Origin: Planctopirus limnophila DSM 3776 | Lineage (GTDB): Bacteria; Planctomycetota; Planctomycetia; Planctomycetales; Planctomycetaceae | Direction of reading: 5' to 3' | DNA: 32,000 bases | Assembly: GCF_000092105.1 (NCBI RefSeq) | Contig: NC_014148.1 | Location: 3,870,001 to 3,902,000 of the forward strand | Shown: in pieces, positions 17,205 through 25,879 of the stretch | Layout of the letters: each line of letters begins with the position of its first letter | Position numbering within the stretch: the stretch's first letter is position 1 | Translations under genes and position numbers: made by a program | The notes under the pieces: generated by a model | What the model was told of the DNA's origin: nothing | The model's input: only the letters and a program-made list of their open reading frames with translations | Database searches by the model: none

Positions 17205-17730
17205 GTTCAATCTCCAACAAACAATAGAAAACCGGCGAGGAAATGGCCTTCCTGGCAACAGTGACCTTGAGCACTTGCGATTTTCAAGGTCGCCTCAATC
17301 ACATCGAAAGAGAGAACCCTCTCACGACGTTATCCACATCAAGAATAATAACCAATTCTCCACCTCTTCTCAATGACTGAATTCCACTCTCTGCACATGT
17401 CGCATGCAAAGCCTGTGGCCAAGAGTAGTTCGCTCATTGCGACACTGGCAAAGACTGCCGAAATCGAGTTCGATTCCATGCGAACCATCCACACGACAAC
17501 CACCTGTTCCGTCTGATTGGCAGCTCAACACCATCCACCAGGAAAGGCTCACCAGCGAATTCAATCACTTGTTGCAAGTCTCCTTGTCACATCGGAAAAT
17601 GTGATTGCTGATATCCGGCCTCAAGAGCTCACACATCGACATACCTTCTGGAATGGATCTTCATCCTTTGCCCAATCACCAGAATTCTCGCAGCCAATCA
17701 TCTGCTGGTGGGGAGTATCAACTTCCCCGC

Positions 17731-18984
17731 ATGGCCAGGCTGAAACAGCAGTTTCAAAGGCCGCAAGAGCCCGATCTTCGCCAGGCGGTCTTTCGCGAAC
17801 TTGCGGCTCTGCACCTCGAAAAAAAGATCGCTCCGGGCCAGACAGTGGCCATAACGGCAGGCAGCCGAGGGATCTCGGGCATTGATGTCATCATCAAAGG
17901 AGTCGTCGAATTCATTCAAAGCCTGGACGGACTCCCCTTCATCATACCGGCCATGGGGAGCCATGGCGGTGCCACTGCTGAAGGACAACTCGCAGTTCTC
18001 GCGGGCTATGGGATCACCCCTGCGACCATGGGTTGTGAGATTCGCTCCTCCATGGCCACGAGCGTTGTCGGAGAGACGATGGACGGGATTCCCATTCATG
18101 TCGATCAACACGCACTGGCCGCTGATCATGTCCTGGTTGTGAATCGCATCAAGCCTCACACCGGGTTTGTGGGAGAAATTGAATCGGGCCTGCACAAGAT
18201 GCTGCTGATCGGCCTGGGCAAACATCTGGGGGCGACGGTCTATCACCAGGCGATTGTCCGTTCGAGCTTCCGCAAGATCTGGCAGGAAGTGGCCCCCATA
18301 GTCATTTCCAAAGCCAAAGTCTTAGCAGGCTTAGGGATTGTCGAGAATGCCTTCGATGAAACGGCCCTCATCGCTGGTGTCCCTGTCGAAGAGTTTGCCG
18401 AAAAAGAAGCAGAACTCTTGAAGCTGGCCAAAGCCTACCTTCCCCGATTGCCTTTTCGAGAGATCGACCTGCTCATTGTCGACCAGATCGGAAAAAACAT
18501 CAGTGGAACAGGCATGGATACGAATATTGTGGGCCGCAAGTACAACGATCATGCGGCTACTCCTCAAGATGATGTGTCGATCCGCAGGATTTTTGTGCGT
18601 GGATTAACCGCCGCGACGCATGGCAACGCAACGGGAATTGGCATTGCCGAATTCACCAATCATCGCACCGTCGCGAGCATCGATCGGGAAATCACTCAGA
18701 TCAATTGTGTAACAGCCAGCCACCCCACCGGGGCCATGATCCCTGCCTCGTATCAAACCGACCGACAGGCCATTCAGGAAGCACTGAAAACGATTGGCTG
18801 GGTGCCACCTCATCTGGCGAAAGTCATTCAGATCCGTGATACGCTGCATCTGGGTGAGTTATTAGTGAGCGAAGCCTTTGCCCCGGAGCTGATCAAGCAT
18901 GATCAAATTCAACAGATGACGGATTGGGAAGAGATGGAGTTTGATCAGGACGATAATCTGCGAGATCTTCTGCCGGGCGAGTGA
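17731..18984 (+). CDS. LarA-fold (DUF2088-like) domain protein, function unknown
   Basis: The ORF envelope starts at 17605 (TTG). The first plausible ATG is 17731 (MARLKQQF...). Block order resembles lactate racemase LarA: ITAGSRGI ~ SDHTRP, PAMGSHGG ~ ATGFHR, KPHTGFVGEIESGLHKM ~ SHFFAGFSGGRK, NISGTGMDTN ~ GGYPLDQN. The LarA catalytic/Ni-pincer residues are not conserved. Confidence 0.8.
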   Translation: MARLKQQFQRPQEPDLRQAVFRELAALHLEKKIAPGQTVAITAGSRGISGIDVIIKGVVEFIQSLDGLPFIIPAMGSHGGATAEGQLAVLAGYGITPATMGCEIRSSMATSVVGETMDGIPIHVDQHALAADHVLVVNRIKPHTGFVGEIESGLHKMLLIGLGKHLGATVYHQAIVRSSFRKIWQEVAPIVISKAKVLAGLGIVENAFDETALIAGVPVEEFAEKEAELLKLAKAYLPRLPFREIDLLIVDQIGKNISGTGMDTNIVGRKYNDHAATPQDDVSIRRIFVRGLTAATHGNATGIGIAEFTNHRTVASIDREITQINCVTASHPTGAMIPASYQTDRQAIQEALKTIGWVPPHLAKVIQIRDTLHLGELLVSEAFAPELIKHDQIQQMTDWEEMEFDQDDNLRDLLPGE

Positions 18985-19035
18985 GAACTGAGCATCAACC
19001 ATTGAAAATAACAGCCACTGGATTGTTGAGAAGCG

Positions 19036-19713
19036 ATGAAAAGCGAAACCCTTCCCGACCCACAGCATGTCATCGAACAGGTGGCACACAAAGTTCGACA
19101 ACTGCTCGAACATGACGCGAGTGGTCATGACTGGTGGCATATCGAACGGGTGCGCCACGTTGCCTTACAGTTGGCACAAAAAGAAGGTGCCGATGCGTTT
19201 GTCGTCGAACTCGCTGCCCTGCTGCACGACATCGGAGACTGGAAGAATCAGACCGATGGACAGGATCGGGGGGCAGAACTTTCGCGCGTATGGCTGGAAG
19301 AATTCGGACTCTCGCCAGAGACCGTTCAACATGTCGCCGACATCATTGAAGGGATCTCATTCAAAGGAGCCGGTGTCGCTACAGAAATGCCAACACTGGA
19401 AGGAAAGTGCGTGCAGGACGCTGATCGACTTGATGCGATTGGAGCGATTGGCATTGGTCGAGCTTTTGCCTTCGGCGGATCGCGCGGCCGACCCATGCAC
19501 GATCCCGAAGTCAAACCAGAACTGCACCAGTCGTTTGAAGACTACAAACGGAAAAGCGGTGCCACGCTCAATCATTTCACCGAGAAGCTGCTGCTCCTCA
19601 AAGAGCGCATGCAGACTCCCAGCGGACGAGTTTGGGCCGAACAACGGCATCAATTCACCGAAGAGTTTTACAATCGCTTCCTCGCCGAATGGGATTCTCG
19701 CGACATGGCCTGA
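19036..19713 (+). CDS. HD-domain metal-dependent phosphohydrolase (YedJ/YpgQ-like)
   Basis: 225-aa ORF with H...HD signature elements (HDWWHIERV, LLHDIGD) and a downstream DADRLDAIGA motif typical of this HD subfamily. Confidence 0.9.
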   Translation: MKSETLPDPQHVIEQVAHKVRQLLEHDASGHDWWHIERVRHVALQLAQKEGADAFVVELAALLHDIGDWKNQTDGQDRGAELSRVWLEEFGLSPETVQHVADIIEGISFKGAGVATEMPTLEGKCVQDADRLDAIGAIGIGRAFAFGGSRGRPMHDPEVKPELHQSFEDYKRKSGATLNHFTEKLLLLKERMQTPSGRVWAEQRHQFTEEFYNRFLAEWDSRDMA

Positions 19714-19717
19714 GACG

Positions 19718-19748
19718 AAAAAAAGCGGGCGAACCGAAGTTCGCCCGC
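19718..19748 (-). terminator. Rho-independent terminator for the sigma/anti-sigma operon. It may also stop the convergent HD gene.
   Basis: GC-rich 10-bp perfect stem GCGGGCGAAC-CGAA-GTTCGCCCGC (19725-19748). The A7 run at 19718-19724 becomes a U-tract after the hairpin on the minus strand. Confidence 0.8.
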
Positions 19749-19843
19749 CTCTCCGTTGGTCGGTCACGCACCGACATTTCATCAAATCAAATTTATAGCT
19801 GACCTGGGGCCAGAAGCCGTTATCAATAATCCCAACAAACAGA

Positions 19844-20608
19844 CTATTGGTTTCTTCTCTTAGGTTTCGGTGTAGTTTCCACGTCAGCTTCCTGAGGGAA
19901 CTCGGGCATGACAGGTGGTGTCGTCCATTGCTGCTCCAGACTCACAGGCACGAGATTTCGGCTTTGAAAATCGCTTGACTGATTCAGAAAGCGTGGATCG
20001 TTAAACAGATTTCTCGTTGCCACACGATGCCCCGAAGCATCGCCATCCGGAACGATGAGTGGATTCGTCAGACTGGCCGCAATGAGCACCGAAGCTGCCA
20101 TGACGGCAATTGTCGGATACCAGCCAGCCGAAGACATTTTGCGACGCGACAGGTGCTCATGACCAGTCCCCTGAGCTGCGGGCATCACTGCTGGCATCAT
20201 GGCATCAACACCCGATGTCAGCCCGGCGGCCTGCTTCATCTCGGCCCATGACTTAAGCGGAATCGTCTCTTCCGTTCGATCCGGCAGATGTTCCGCCAAT
20301 AGCTGGAGGGTGACAGGAATCCCATGGCCAGCCACCGGTAATGGCGGCCTGGAATCATCACTGAGAAATCGTTCCCGCTGAGAACTCGAGAGATCACTCA
20401 ACCGGCACTCTAAGGCCACGGCATGCAAGGCCTGCATCGCGGTGGTCAACTCGGCCTCAAACTTCTGGCACACCGTGCAACTCAGCAAATGCAATCGAGC
20501 TGCTGGAGAAACACGCGAAGCTAGAGCCGCCTCCGATTCTGTCGCGACGTCATCACTGGCATCTGCAGCGAGTGCCAGCTCATGTCGAAATTGTTTACAG
20601 TCCATCAT
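19844..20608 (-). CDS. Anti-sigma factor (zf-HC2 type), single-pass membrane protein
   Basis: 254-aa ORF immediately downstream of the ECF sigma gene. It has an N-terminal H-x3-C-x2-C motif (HLLSCTVC) and a central TM helix (WYPTIAVMAASVLIAASL). Confidence 0.8.
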   Translation of the reverse strand: MMDCKQFRHELALAADASDDVATESEAALASRVSPAARLHLLSCTVCQKFEAELTTAMQALHAVALECRLSDLSSSQRERFLSDDSRPPLPVAGHGIPVTLQLLAEHLPDRTEETIPLKSWAEMKQAAGLTSGVDAMMPAVMPAAQGTGHEHLSRRKMSSAGWYPTIAVMAASVLIAASLTNPLIVPDGDASGHRVATRNLFNDPRFLNQSSDFQSRNLVPVSLEQQWTTPPVMPEFPQEADVETTPKPKRRNQ

Positions 20609-20678
20609 TCCACCTGAATCAATCGTTGAGCCTGGCTGCCATCAAGCTTTCATGCTGCACAGACGCGGGCAGCGAATG

Positions 20679-21359
20679 TCACTCCACTTCTGCTTCCGAG
20701 GAAGCCGCCGTACCATCATCGGCAAAGCCGGGCAAAGTTGTACCTGCCAAAGTGCTGCGTTTGGCCCACAAGATACTGAATCGCTGCCGGGCCTCAGACA
20801 GCCTCCAGCGAATCGTCGCTTCGGTTCTTCCGAGGACAGCGGCAATTTCGGATGTCGAAAAGTTTTCCAGATCTCGCAGAACCAGAACCGTGCGGTACTT
20901 TTCTGGAATCTGCTCCAGCACAGTCTGCACTTCCTGCTGCAAATCGAGCTTCACCCGAGGATCGGCCATCTCCGGGTCAGGAGATTTCTCCTGACCAGTC
21001 TGGCTGAAGAGCGACCACCAGATGCGGCGTTTTTTCTGCCGCAAATGGTCGAGCGTCAGGTTCACTCCAATCTGGAAGAGCCATGGCCCAAACCGCCGCG
21101 AGGGGTCAAACTGAGAGAGCCGCACAAAGGCGCGCAGGAAGGTTTCCTGCGTCAGATCGGCGACAGTTTCGTCGTCCGAAACAAAGCGGCCAATGACCCG
21201 CTGTACCCGCCGCTGGTAGCGATGCACCAGTTCGGCGAAAGCGTCCTCGTTGCCACTGCGTGCAGACTCCACCAGTCGAGCTTCACAGCCGCTGGAATCG
21301 AAGTCGTCACTCGTGTCTTGCGGAACGTCAATCCGCGGCATGGTTGGGCTCATGGGCAT
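20679..21359 (-). CDS. ECF-type RNA polymerase sigma-70 family factor
   Basis: 226-aa ORF with region 2 (FAELVHRYQRRVQRVIGRFV...DLTQETFLRAF) and region 4 (YRTVLVLRDLENFSTSEIAAVLGRTEATIRWRLSEARQRF). The second ATG at 21353 is better spaced from GAGAGGA. Confidence 0.92.
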   Translation of the reverse strand: MPMSPTMPRIDVPQDTSDDFDSSGCEARLVESARSGNEDAFAELVHRYQRRVQRVIGRFVSDDETVADLTQETFLRAFVRLSQFDPSRRFGPWLFQIGVNLTLDHLRQKKRRIWWSLFSQTGQEKSPDPEMADPRVKLDLQQEVQTVLEQIPEKYRTVLVLRDLENFSTSEIAAVLGRTEATIRWRLSEARQRFSILWAKRSTLAGTTLPGFADDGTAASSEAEVE

Positions 21360-21896
21360 TCCTCTCGTACAGCAAATTACGAAAAGGTTTGCCAGAATGT
21401 GGGAAAGAACTGCTCAAGAATTTTCTGTCATGGCAACTTTATCGATCGTTAAACCAGAAAAAAGCCTTAGTTAATCCAGTAGCACGGACATAACTCGCTG
21501 CTGGAAAATCACTTAAGCTGAATATCCGGCTCAAAACTTCAAAGCGGCCTGCACCTGTTACCTAAGCCAAGCCCAGTTCCAGTATGATCGCATTTGTCGC
21601 GCGAAAGTTCACGCAAAATCTGGCAAATGCTGCCATGAAGAAAGGGTGATGTCAGCCGTTTGAATCGATTTCTGGCGGCCGGGTCATCAGGCCAAAGCGT
21701 CAGTTCTACGAAAATTCTTGCGAGGTGTAGAAAGACTGGTGCTTGACGGAACACCAATCGCCACCACACGATAAGCGACGTTTAAGCCATCTGGAAAGGG
21801 TTGTTGGATCAACCTCAAGTTCATTTACACTCAGCTTTTCAATCCCACATCTGAAGCACGGTACGCACCCTCGCAGACCTCTCTGGAGATCAACTC

Positions 21897-23201
21897 ATGG
21901 ATCGACAACACGCGTTTCTTCATTCTCAAGATAGCCACAGTTCTGCCTCATCAGAGGAGAGTCGTCGCATATCGTTTCCAGATAGATTATGGATCACTGG
22001 TTTTGGCCTGGGCTGCCTCACATTGACCACACTGCTGGGTTGTCCCGGACAACCTCTGAAAACAACTCCTACCGACCCCACAAAGTCGGCCACATCATCC
22101 ACCACTGCTGACCCGGCTGAAGCCGCCGCCATGAAAGGCCAACCGATGCTGACTGTGCAATCCGAGCCTTACGGAACAACACCAGAAGGAGCTGCGATTA
22201 CACAGTACACGCTCCAAAACGAATCCGGAATGAAAGTCTCGCTGATCAATCTGGGGGCCACAGTCACCTCTGTCGAAGTGCCGGATCGTGAAGGCAAACT
22301 GGCCAATGTGACGCTGAATTTCCCCGACCTGGATGGCTACCTCAAAAATGGCCCTTACTTTGGAGGAATCTGCGGCCGGTTCGCCAATCGAATCGCCAAT
22401 GCCCGCTTTACTCTTGAAGGAAACGAATACAACCTCTTCAAGAACAATGGCGAACACACACTTCACGGCGGCAAAACAGGCTTCAACAAACTGGTCTGGA
22501 AAGCTGCTCCGTTTGAGACCCCAGGCTCTGCCGGTGTCACCTTTGAGCTGGTAAGCCCCGATGGAGATGAAGGATATCCCGGTCAACTGGCGGTTCGAGT
22601 CTCATATGCACTCAACACCAAGAACGAACTTGCCATCAGCTATGAAGCAACCACGGATAAAGCCACCGTTCTGAATCTGACCAATCACTGTTACTGGAAT
22701 CTGGCTGGTGCCGGGAATGGCACAGTTCTGGGCGAGATCCTCGAATTGAAGTGCGAAAAATACCTCCCCGTCGATGAAGGTGGGATTCCCACGGGAGAAC
22801 TGGTTGCCGTCAACGGGACAGCGATGGATTTCTCCAAGCCCCACGCCATCGGCGATGCGATCGCCCAGACGGTCAATGGCCACGGTGGATACGACCACTG
22901 CTATGTGGTCAATGGGACTCCCGGCGAGTTGCGTCCTGCCGCTAAAGTGATTGACCCTTCTTCAGGCCGAGGGATGGAAATTCTGACAACCGAACCAGGG
23001 ATTCAGTTCTACACAGGGAATTTCCTCAATGGCACGGCCGAAAACGGGAACGCCGTCCAACATGGTGCCTTCTGCCTCGAAGCGCAGCACTTTCCCGATT
23101 CACCGAATCGTCCAGAGTTCCCCACAACGACACTCAAGCCAGGTGAAACCTACAAGCAGACGACCATTCATCGCTTCTTTGTCGAACCTGCGGCCAAGTA
23201 G
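21897..23201 (+). CDS. Aldose 1-epimerase (galactose mutarotase family) with a lipoprotein-type signal peptide and a low-complexity linker
   Basis: 434-aa ORF with GGAG upstream and a lipobox-like LTTLLGC. Mutarotase blocks are present (GGICGRFANRIANARF, HTLHGG..GF....W, EGYPG, NLTNHCYWNL, GYDHCY, QFYTGNF, CLEAQHFPDSPN). Confidence 0.92.
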   Translation: MDRQHAFLHSQDSHSSASSEESRRISFPDRLWITGFGLGCLTLTTLLGCPGQPLKTTPTDPTKSATSSTTADPAEAAAMKGQPMLTVQSEPYGTTPEGAAITQYTLQNESGMKVSLINLGATVTSVEVPDREGKLANVTLNFPDLDGYLKNGPYFGGICGRFANRIANARFTLEGNEYNLFKNNGEHTLHGGKTGFNKLVWKAAPFETPGSAGVTFELVSPDGDEGYPGQLAVRVSYALNTKNELAISYEATTDKATVLNLTNHCYWNLAGAGNGTVLGEILELKCEKYLPVDEGGIPTGELVAVNGTAMDFSKPHAIGDAIAQTVNGHGGYDHCYVVNGTPGELRPAAKVIDPSSGRGMEILTTEPGIQFYTGNFLNGTAENGNAVQHGAFCLEAQHFPDSPNRPEFPTTTLKPGETYKQTTIHRFFVEPAAK

Positions 23202-23334
23202 TCAATTGTCAGAGATTACATCTGGATGAGAATCGTGGCCGCTGTGTTCTATACACAGCCTTGCGCCAAAGCTCAGCCCGACAAAAGTGATGACGGGTGG
23301 CCCGGCCAACTCGTGCCCAACTCTTTATCTATGG

Positions 23335-23358
23335 GTTGTCGTGACTTTTCACGACAAC
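23335..23358. other. 10-bp perfect hairpin GTTGTCGTGA-CTTT-TCACGACAAC, function unknown
   Basis: Read directly. It lies 134 nt downstream of the epimerase stop. There is no U-tract on either strand. Confidence 0.6.
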
Positions 23359-23427
23359 AAGAAGCCGGGCCATGCGCATGCCTGCCATCACACTTAACTT
23401 GGGTTGAGTAGGCACCCTTTTGGGTGG

Positions 23428-23458
23428 CACGACCCTGAAGGCTTTGCGGAAGGGCGTG
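23428..23458 (+). repeat. Hairpin repeat, copy 3: CACG(A)CCCT[GAAGGCTTTGCGGA]AGGGCGTG
   Basis: It has the same 11-mer, AAGGCTTTGCG (23438-23448), in the loop. The stem sequence differs from copies L and R but still pairs (8 bp plus 1 bulge). The downstream tract 23468-23501 is about 70-77% identical to 7846-7879 by manual alignment. Confidence 0.7.
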
Positions 23459-23534
23459 GTCTTTAAGTCCATCCAATTCACATTTAATGACACGCAGGGA
23501 TGGCAGGCATCGGATGTCATCATCTTCCAATAAC

Positions 23535-23564
23535 CTGGGGGCAAACGAGGACGTTTGACCCCAG
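23535..23564. other. Strong hairpin CTGGGG(G)CAAACG-AGGA-CGTTTG(A)CCCCAG, function unknown
   Basis: Read directly: 12 bp of pairing interrupted by one G/A mismatch, with an AGGA tetraloop on the plus strand. It is in orphan intergenic DNA. Confidence 0.6.
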
Positions 23565-23728
23565 CCACCCAATTTCCAGCGACACGCGAGATCAGCGCAA
23601 CGCAAAAGTTGTGCATAAGTGACAGTTCCGATCCGCAAGCATGGCACACGACGCATAGTTAATGCTTGGAATCAGAACTCGATCCTTTTGCCCGGAGCAT
23701 GCCATTGATCGAACTTTGAGCAGACCTG

Positions 23729-23768
23729 AAAAAAAGCACTCCGCCATTCGATGTGAATGCGGAGTGCT
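23729..23768 (-). terminator. Rho-independent terminator of the coiled-coil protein gene
   Basis: 10-bp perfect stem AGCACTCCGC / GCGGAGTGCT (23735-23744 and 23759-23768). On the minus strand it is followed by a U-tract (plus-strand A7 at 23729-23735). It lies 37 nt after the stop at 23805. Confidence 0.8.
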
Positions 23769-23804
23769 TGGGGTCGATCATTCGTTACGAACCATCGGCA
23801 GACC

Positions 23805-25322
23805 TTATGGCTTGCTGCCGAAAGCCCCGCTGGTCTGGCCCGTGGACGTTCGAGGTGGCAGACGACGTTCACCCTGGAAGGCACTTGATGTGTTACCCGT
23901 AGATGATCGCTCACCCAAAGGATCTGCCGTCGAAGCACTGGCTGCTCCAGCTTTCAGCGTGTAAGGACGGTCGTCGCCCGGAGTGAAGAGACGTCGTTTT
24001 GGCTTGTAGCCCACATAGGCAATGAAGTCACTCAACGACACAATTCGCACACCGTAAGTACGAGCTTCATTACGCATATCCTTGAGATGCTCGGCAATCT
24101 TTTCGAAGCGAGCCCGTTCATCGTCAGCACTGGCACTGGCCACATCCGGGATGTCGCCAATCACCAGGAACTTGATTTTCTCAGTGATGGGGCCGCCTGT
24201 CCGTTCGCCGTTGTCATCGACTTCCGCAGCGATGGATGCTCCCACAGAAGTCAGCACTTCTCGCAGCAGATCGCGATCATTACGCTTGTCGTTATCGATA
24301 TCGATCCCGCCGATAAAGGCAAATGCTTCAGGCCGACCAGGACTCCAGAGAGGTGTATAAATCAGATCGCCAGGCGCAATCGGGCGGTAGAGGTCTTCAT
24401 CGATGATACGAGCTTCGGCAAGATGTGGCCCGACAATACGGGTCACTTCAATCTTGCCCTTCACATCTTCCTTGCCGCGACCGACGCCATAATTGTCTTT
24501 GTTGTAGACACTGAATGTGGTGCGAACCTTGAGCAGATCAGTCTCACCCAGGTTGATCCAGACGAGTCGGGTGTTGTTATCCACGCGGGTGATTTTCCCA
24601 TCGGGAACTTCGAAACTGATCTGCGTCACCTTGTCGACTTCATCAGCCAGATTGCGATTGATGATGTTCAGGTTACGAATCTGATTATCGCGCTTGGTGA
24701 GATCGCGGGCCGCCTGATCCTTGACGGTATCCATCTCAACCTGAATCTGGTTGTAATCGTTGCGCAGACGGTTGATCTCGTTGTTCTTGGCGTTGACGGT
24801 CTCGGCGACTTCGTCAATTTTGTTGCGCAGTTGAGTCTCAGCCACGAGCCGCTTCTGATCGTTCTGATCGGATCGATCCTGATAAGCCTTCTGCAACGCC
24901 AGCAGATCAGCCTGAAGTTTATTCAGGTTCGCTGTAATCTGATCACGATCAGCGGCCGTCGTATCGAGTTCCTGCCGCAATTTTTGCAGAGTGGCCAGGA
25001 AAGTGGGCTGAGCGAGTGATCCACCCAGATTCCGCATTTCCTCGCGCATTTTGCCGGCGACAGTCTGCGGATTGTTCGGGTTAGCCGGATCCACCACCTC
25101 GGCCAGATCGAGCCCCACCAGTTTCTTCAGCTCAATCAGATCGTTTTCGACCTTTTTGAAAGCCGTATCAGACTGCCTGGCTTTCGTTTCTGCAGCAGCA
25201 GTTTTCGCCTGATCTGTCGACCAGTTGCTGTGAAACATGTAGGTCGTCACTCCCAGAATGATGCTGAGCATCACAAAGAAAATGAGCGAACCAACCACTG
25301 CAGGGGATTGCTTTTCAGCCAT
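23805..25322 (-). CDS. Membrane-anchored long coiled-coil protein with a C-terminal globular region (hypothetical)
   Basis: The ORF envelope reaches 25442 (GTG). The ATG at 25322 has GAGGTGGAGA upstream and gives MAEKQSPAVVGSLIFFVMLSIILGVTTYMF (TM helix). About 200 aa of heptad-like Q/K/E/L/N-rich sequence follows, then a beta-rich segment, an alpha/beta segment and an S/G/T-rich tail. Confidence 0.8.
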   Translation of the reverse strand: MAEKQSPAVVGSLIFFVMLSIILGVTTYMFHSNWSTDQAKTAAAETKARQSDTAFKKVENDLIELKKLVGLDLAEVVDPANPNNPQTVAGKMREEMRNLGGSLAQPTFLATLQKLRQELDTTAADRDQITANLNKLQADLLALQKAYQDRSDQNDQKRLVAETQLRNKIDEVAETVNAKNNEINRLRNDYNQIQVEMDTVKDQAARDLTKRDNQIRNLNIINRNLADEVDKVTQISFEVPDGKITRVDNNTRLVWINLGETDLLKVRTTFSVYNKDNYGVGRGKEDVKGKIEVTRIVGPHLAEARIIDEDLYRPIAPGDLIYTPLWSPGRPEAFAFIGGIDIDNDKRNDRDLLREVLTSVGASIAAEVDDNGERTGGPITEKIKFLVIGDIPDVASASADDERARFEKIAEHLKDMRNEARTYGVRIVSLSDFIAYVGYKPKRRLFTPGDDRPYTLKAGAASASTADPLGERSSTGNTSSAFQGERRLPPRTSTGQTSGAFGSKP

Positions 25323-25879
25323 GCTGTTCTCCACCTCGAAATCGACGCCATTCCGTGGCGAATACGCGACTGTTGCTCCCGCAAACAGCAGGCAGACCGG
25401 AATCAACCACCTTGAGCGATCACTCGAACAAGAGTTACGCACCCATCGTGACGATTGCCGGAATGTTTTACCTGTTTACACCAGTCTAATAGGCCACCGA
25501 GTCGAGTCAAGGCGTTACTGCAAAAACGGTTATAACGATTCTGCAGCCTGGTTAAACGATGAGCACAATCCTGTATTTCCTACTCGTGACTGGCTGCTGC
25601 CAAATGACGAACAGGCCGCACTGAATTGTGCAGACTCTCCCCTGCGACTATCGACCACAAACAATCCCTGATTTGGTCTGATTTCTTTGGGACGACCAGC
25701 TTTTGATAAACTCTTGCAGAGGCTGTCGGTTGTATCGTCGGCAAGGCATCGAACCGCAACTTTGCTCAAATCATTGGGGCTCTCATCCACGAACCTGCTG
25801 TGGGCTGGGCATGGTTGTCACCGCGAAGACAAAAGATCAGTGTATCTGACCTGATCCTGTTTCCCGTGCTCGTGGCCCT

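Noticed and set aside
19067-19798. 243-aa ORF in an alternative plus-strand frame over the HD gene.
   Set aside because: The frame at 19036-19713 carries the HD motifs (HDWWH, LLHDIGD). The alternative frame is Arg/Ser/Cys-rich and runs through the terminator hairpin.
20442-21452. 336-aa plus-strand ORF overlapping the ECF sigma and anti-sigma genes.
   Set aside because: It is antisense to a CDS with clear sigma-70 region 2/4 motifs. Its translation is Arg/Ser/Cys-rich with no recognisable motifs. This is a typical shadow ORF.
21748-21772. GGAAC-N16-CGAT, an ECF-type promoter look-alike upstream of the epimerase gene and divergent from the ECF sigma gene.
   Set aside because: The -10 element is CGA rather than CGT. 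It is a single occurrence, and I found no comparable motif upstream of the sigma gene itself, where autoregulation would be expected. This is too weak to call.
23273-23656. 127-aa and 106-aa (23329-23649) overlapping minus-strand ORFs in the orphan gap.
   Set aside because: They are two overlapping frames, Cys/Arg/Trp-rich, with no motifs, and they are pierced by strong hairpins. I treat the region as non-coding or structured, though a decayed gene cannot be excluded without tBLASTx.
23202-23804. CsrB/Rsm-like CsrA-sponge sRNA idea for the whole gap.
   Set aside because: I counted about 8 GGA triplets in 600 nt, which is roughly the random expectation (about 9). Only a local cluster at 23496-23551 is suggestive, and I keep that as a minor note in the findings.
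24087-25019. 310-aa plus-strand ORF.
   Set aside because: It is antisense to the coiled-coil gene. The repetitive, low-stop composition of the coiled-coil coding strand keeps this opposite frame open.
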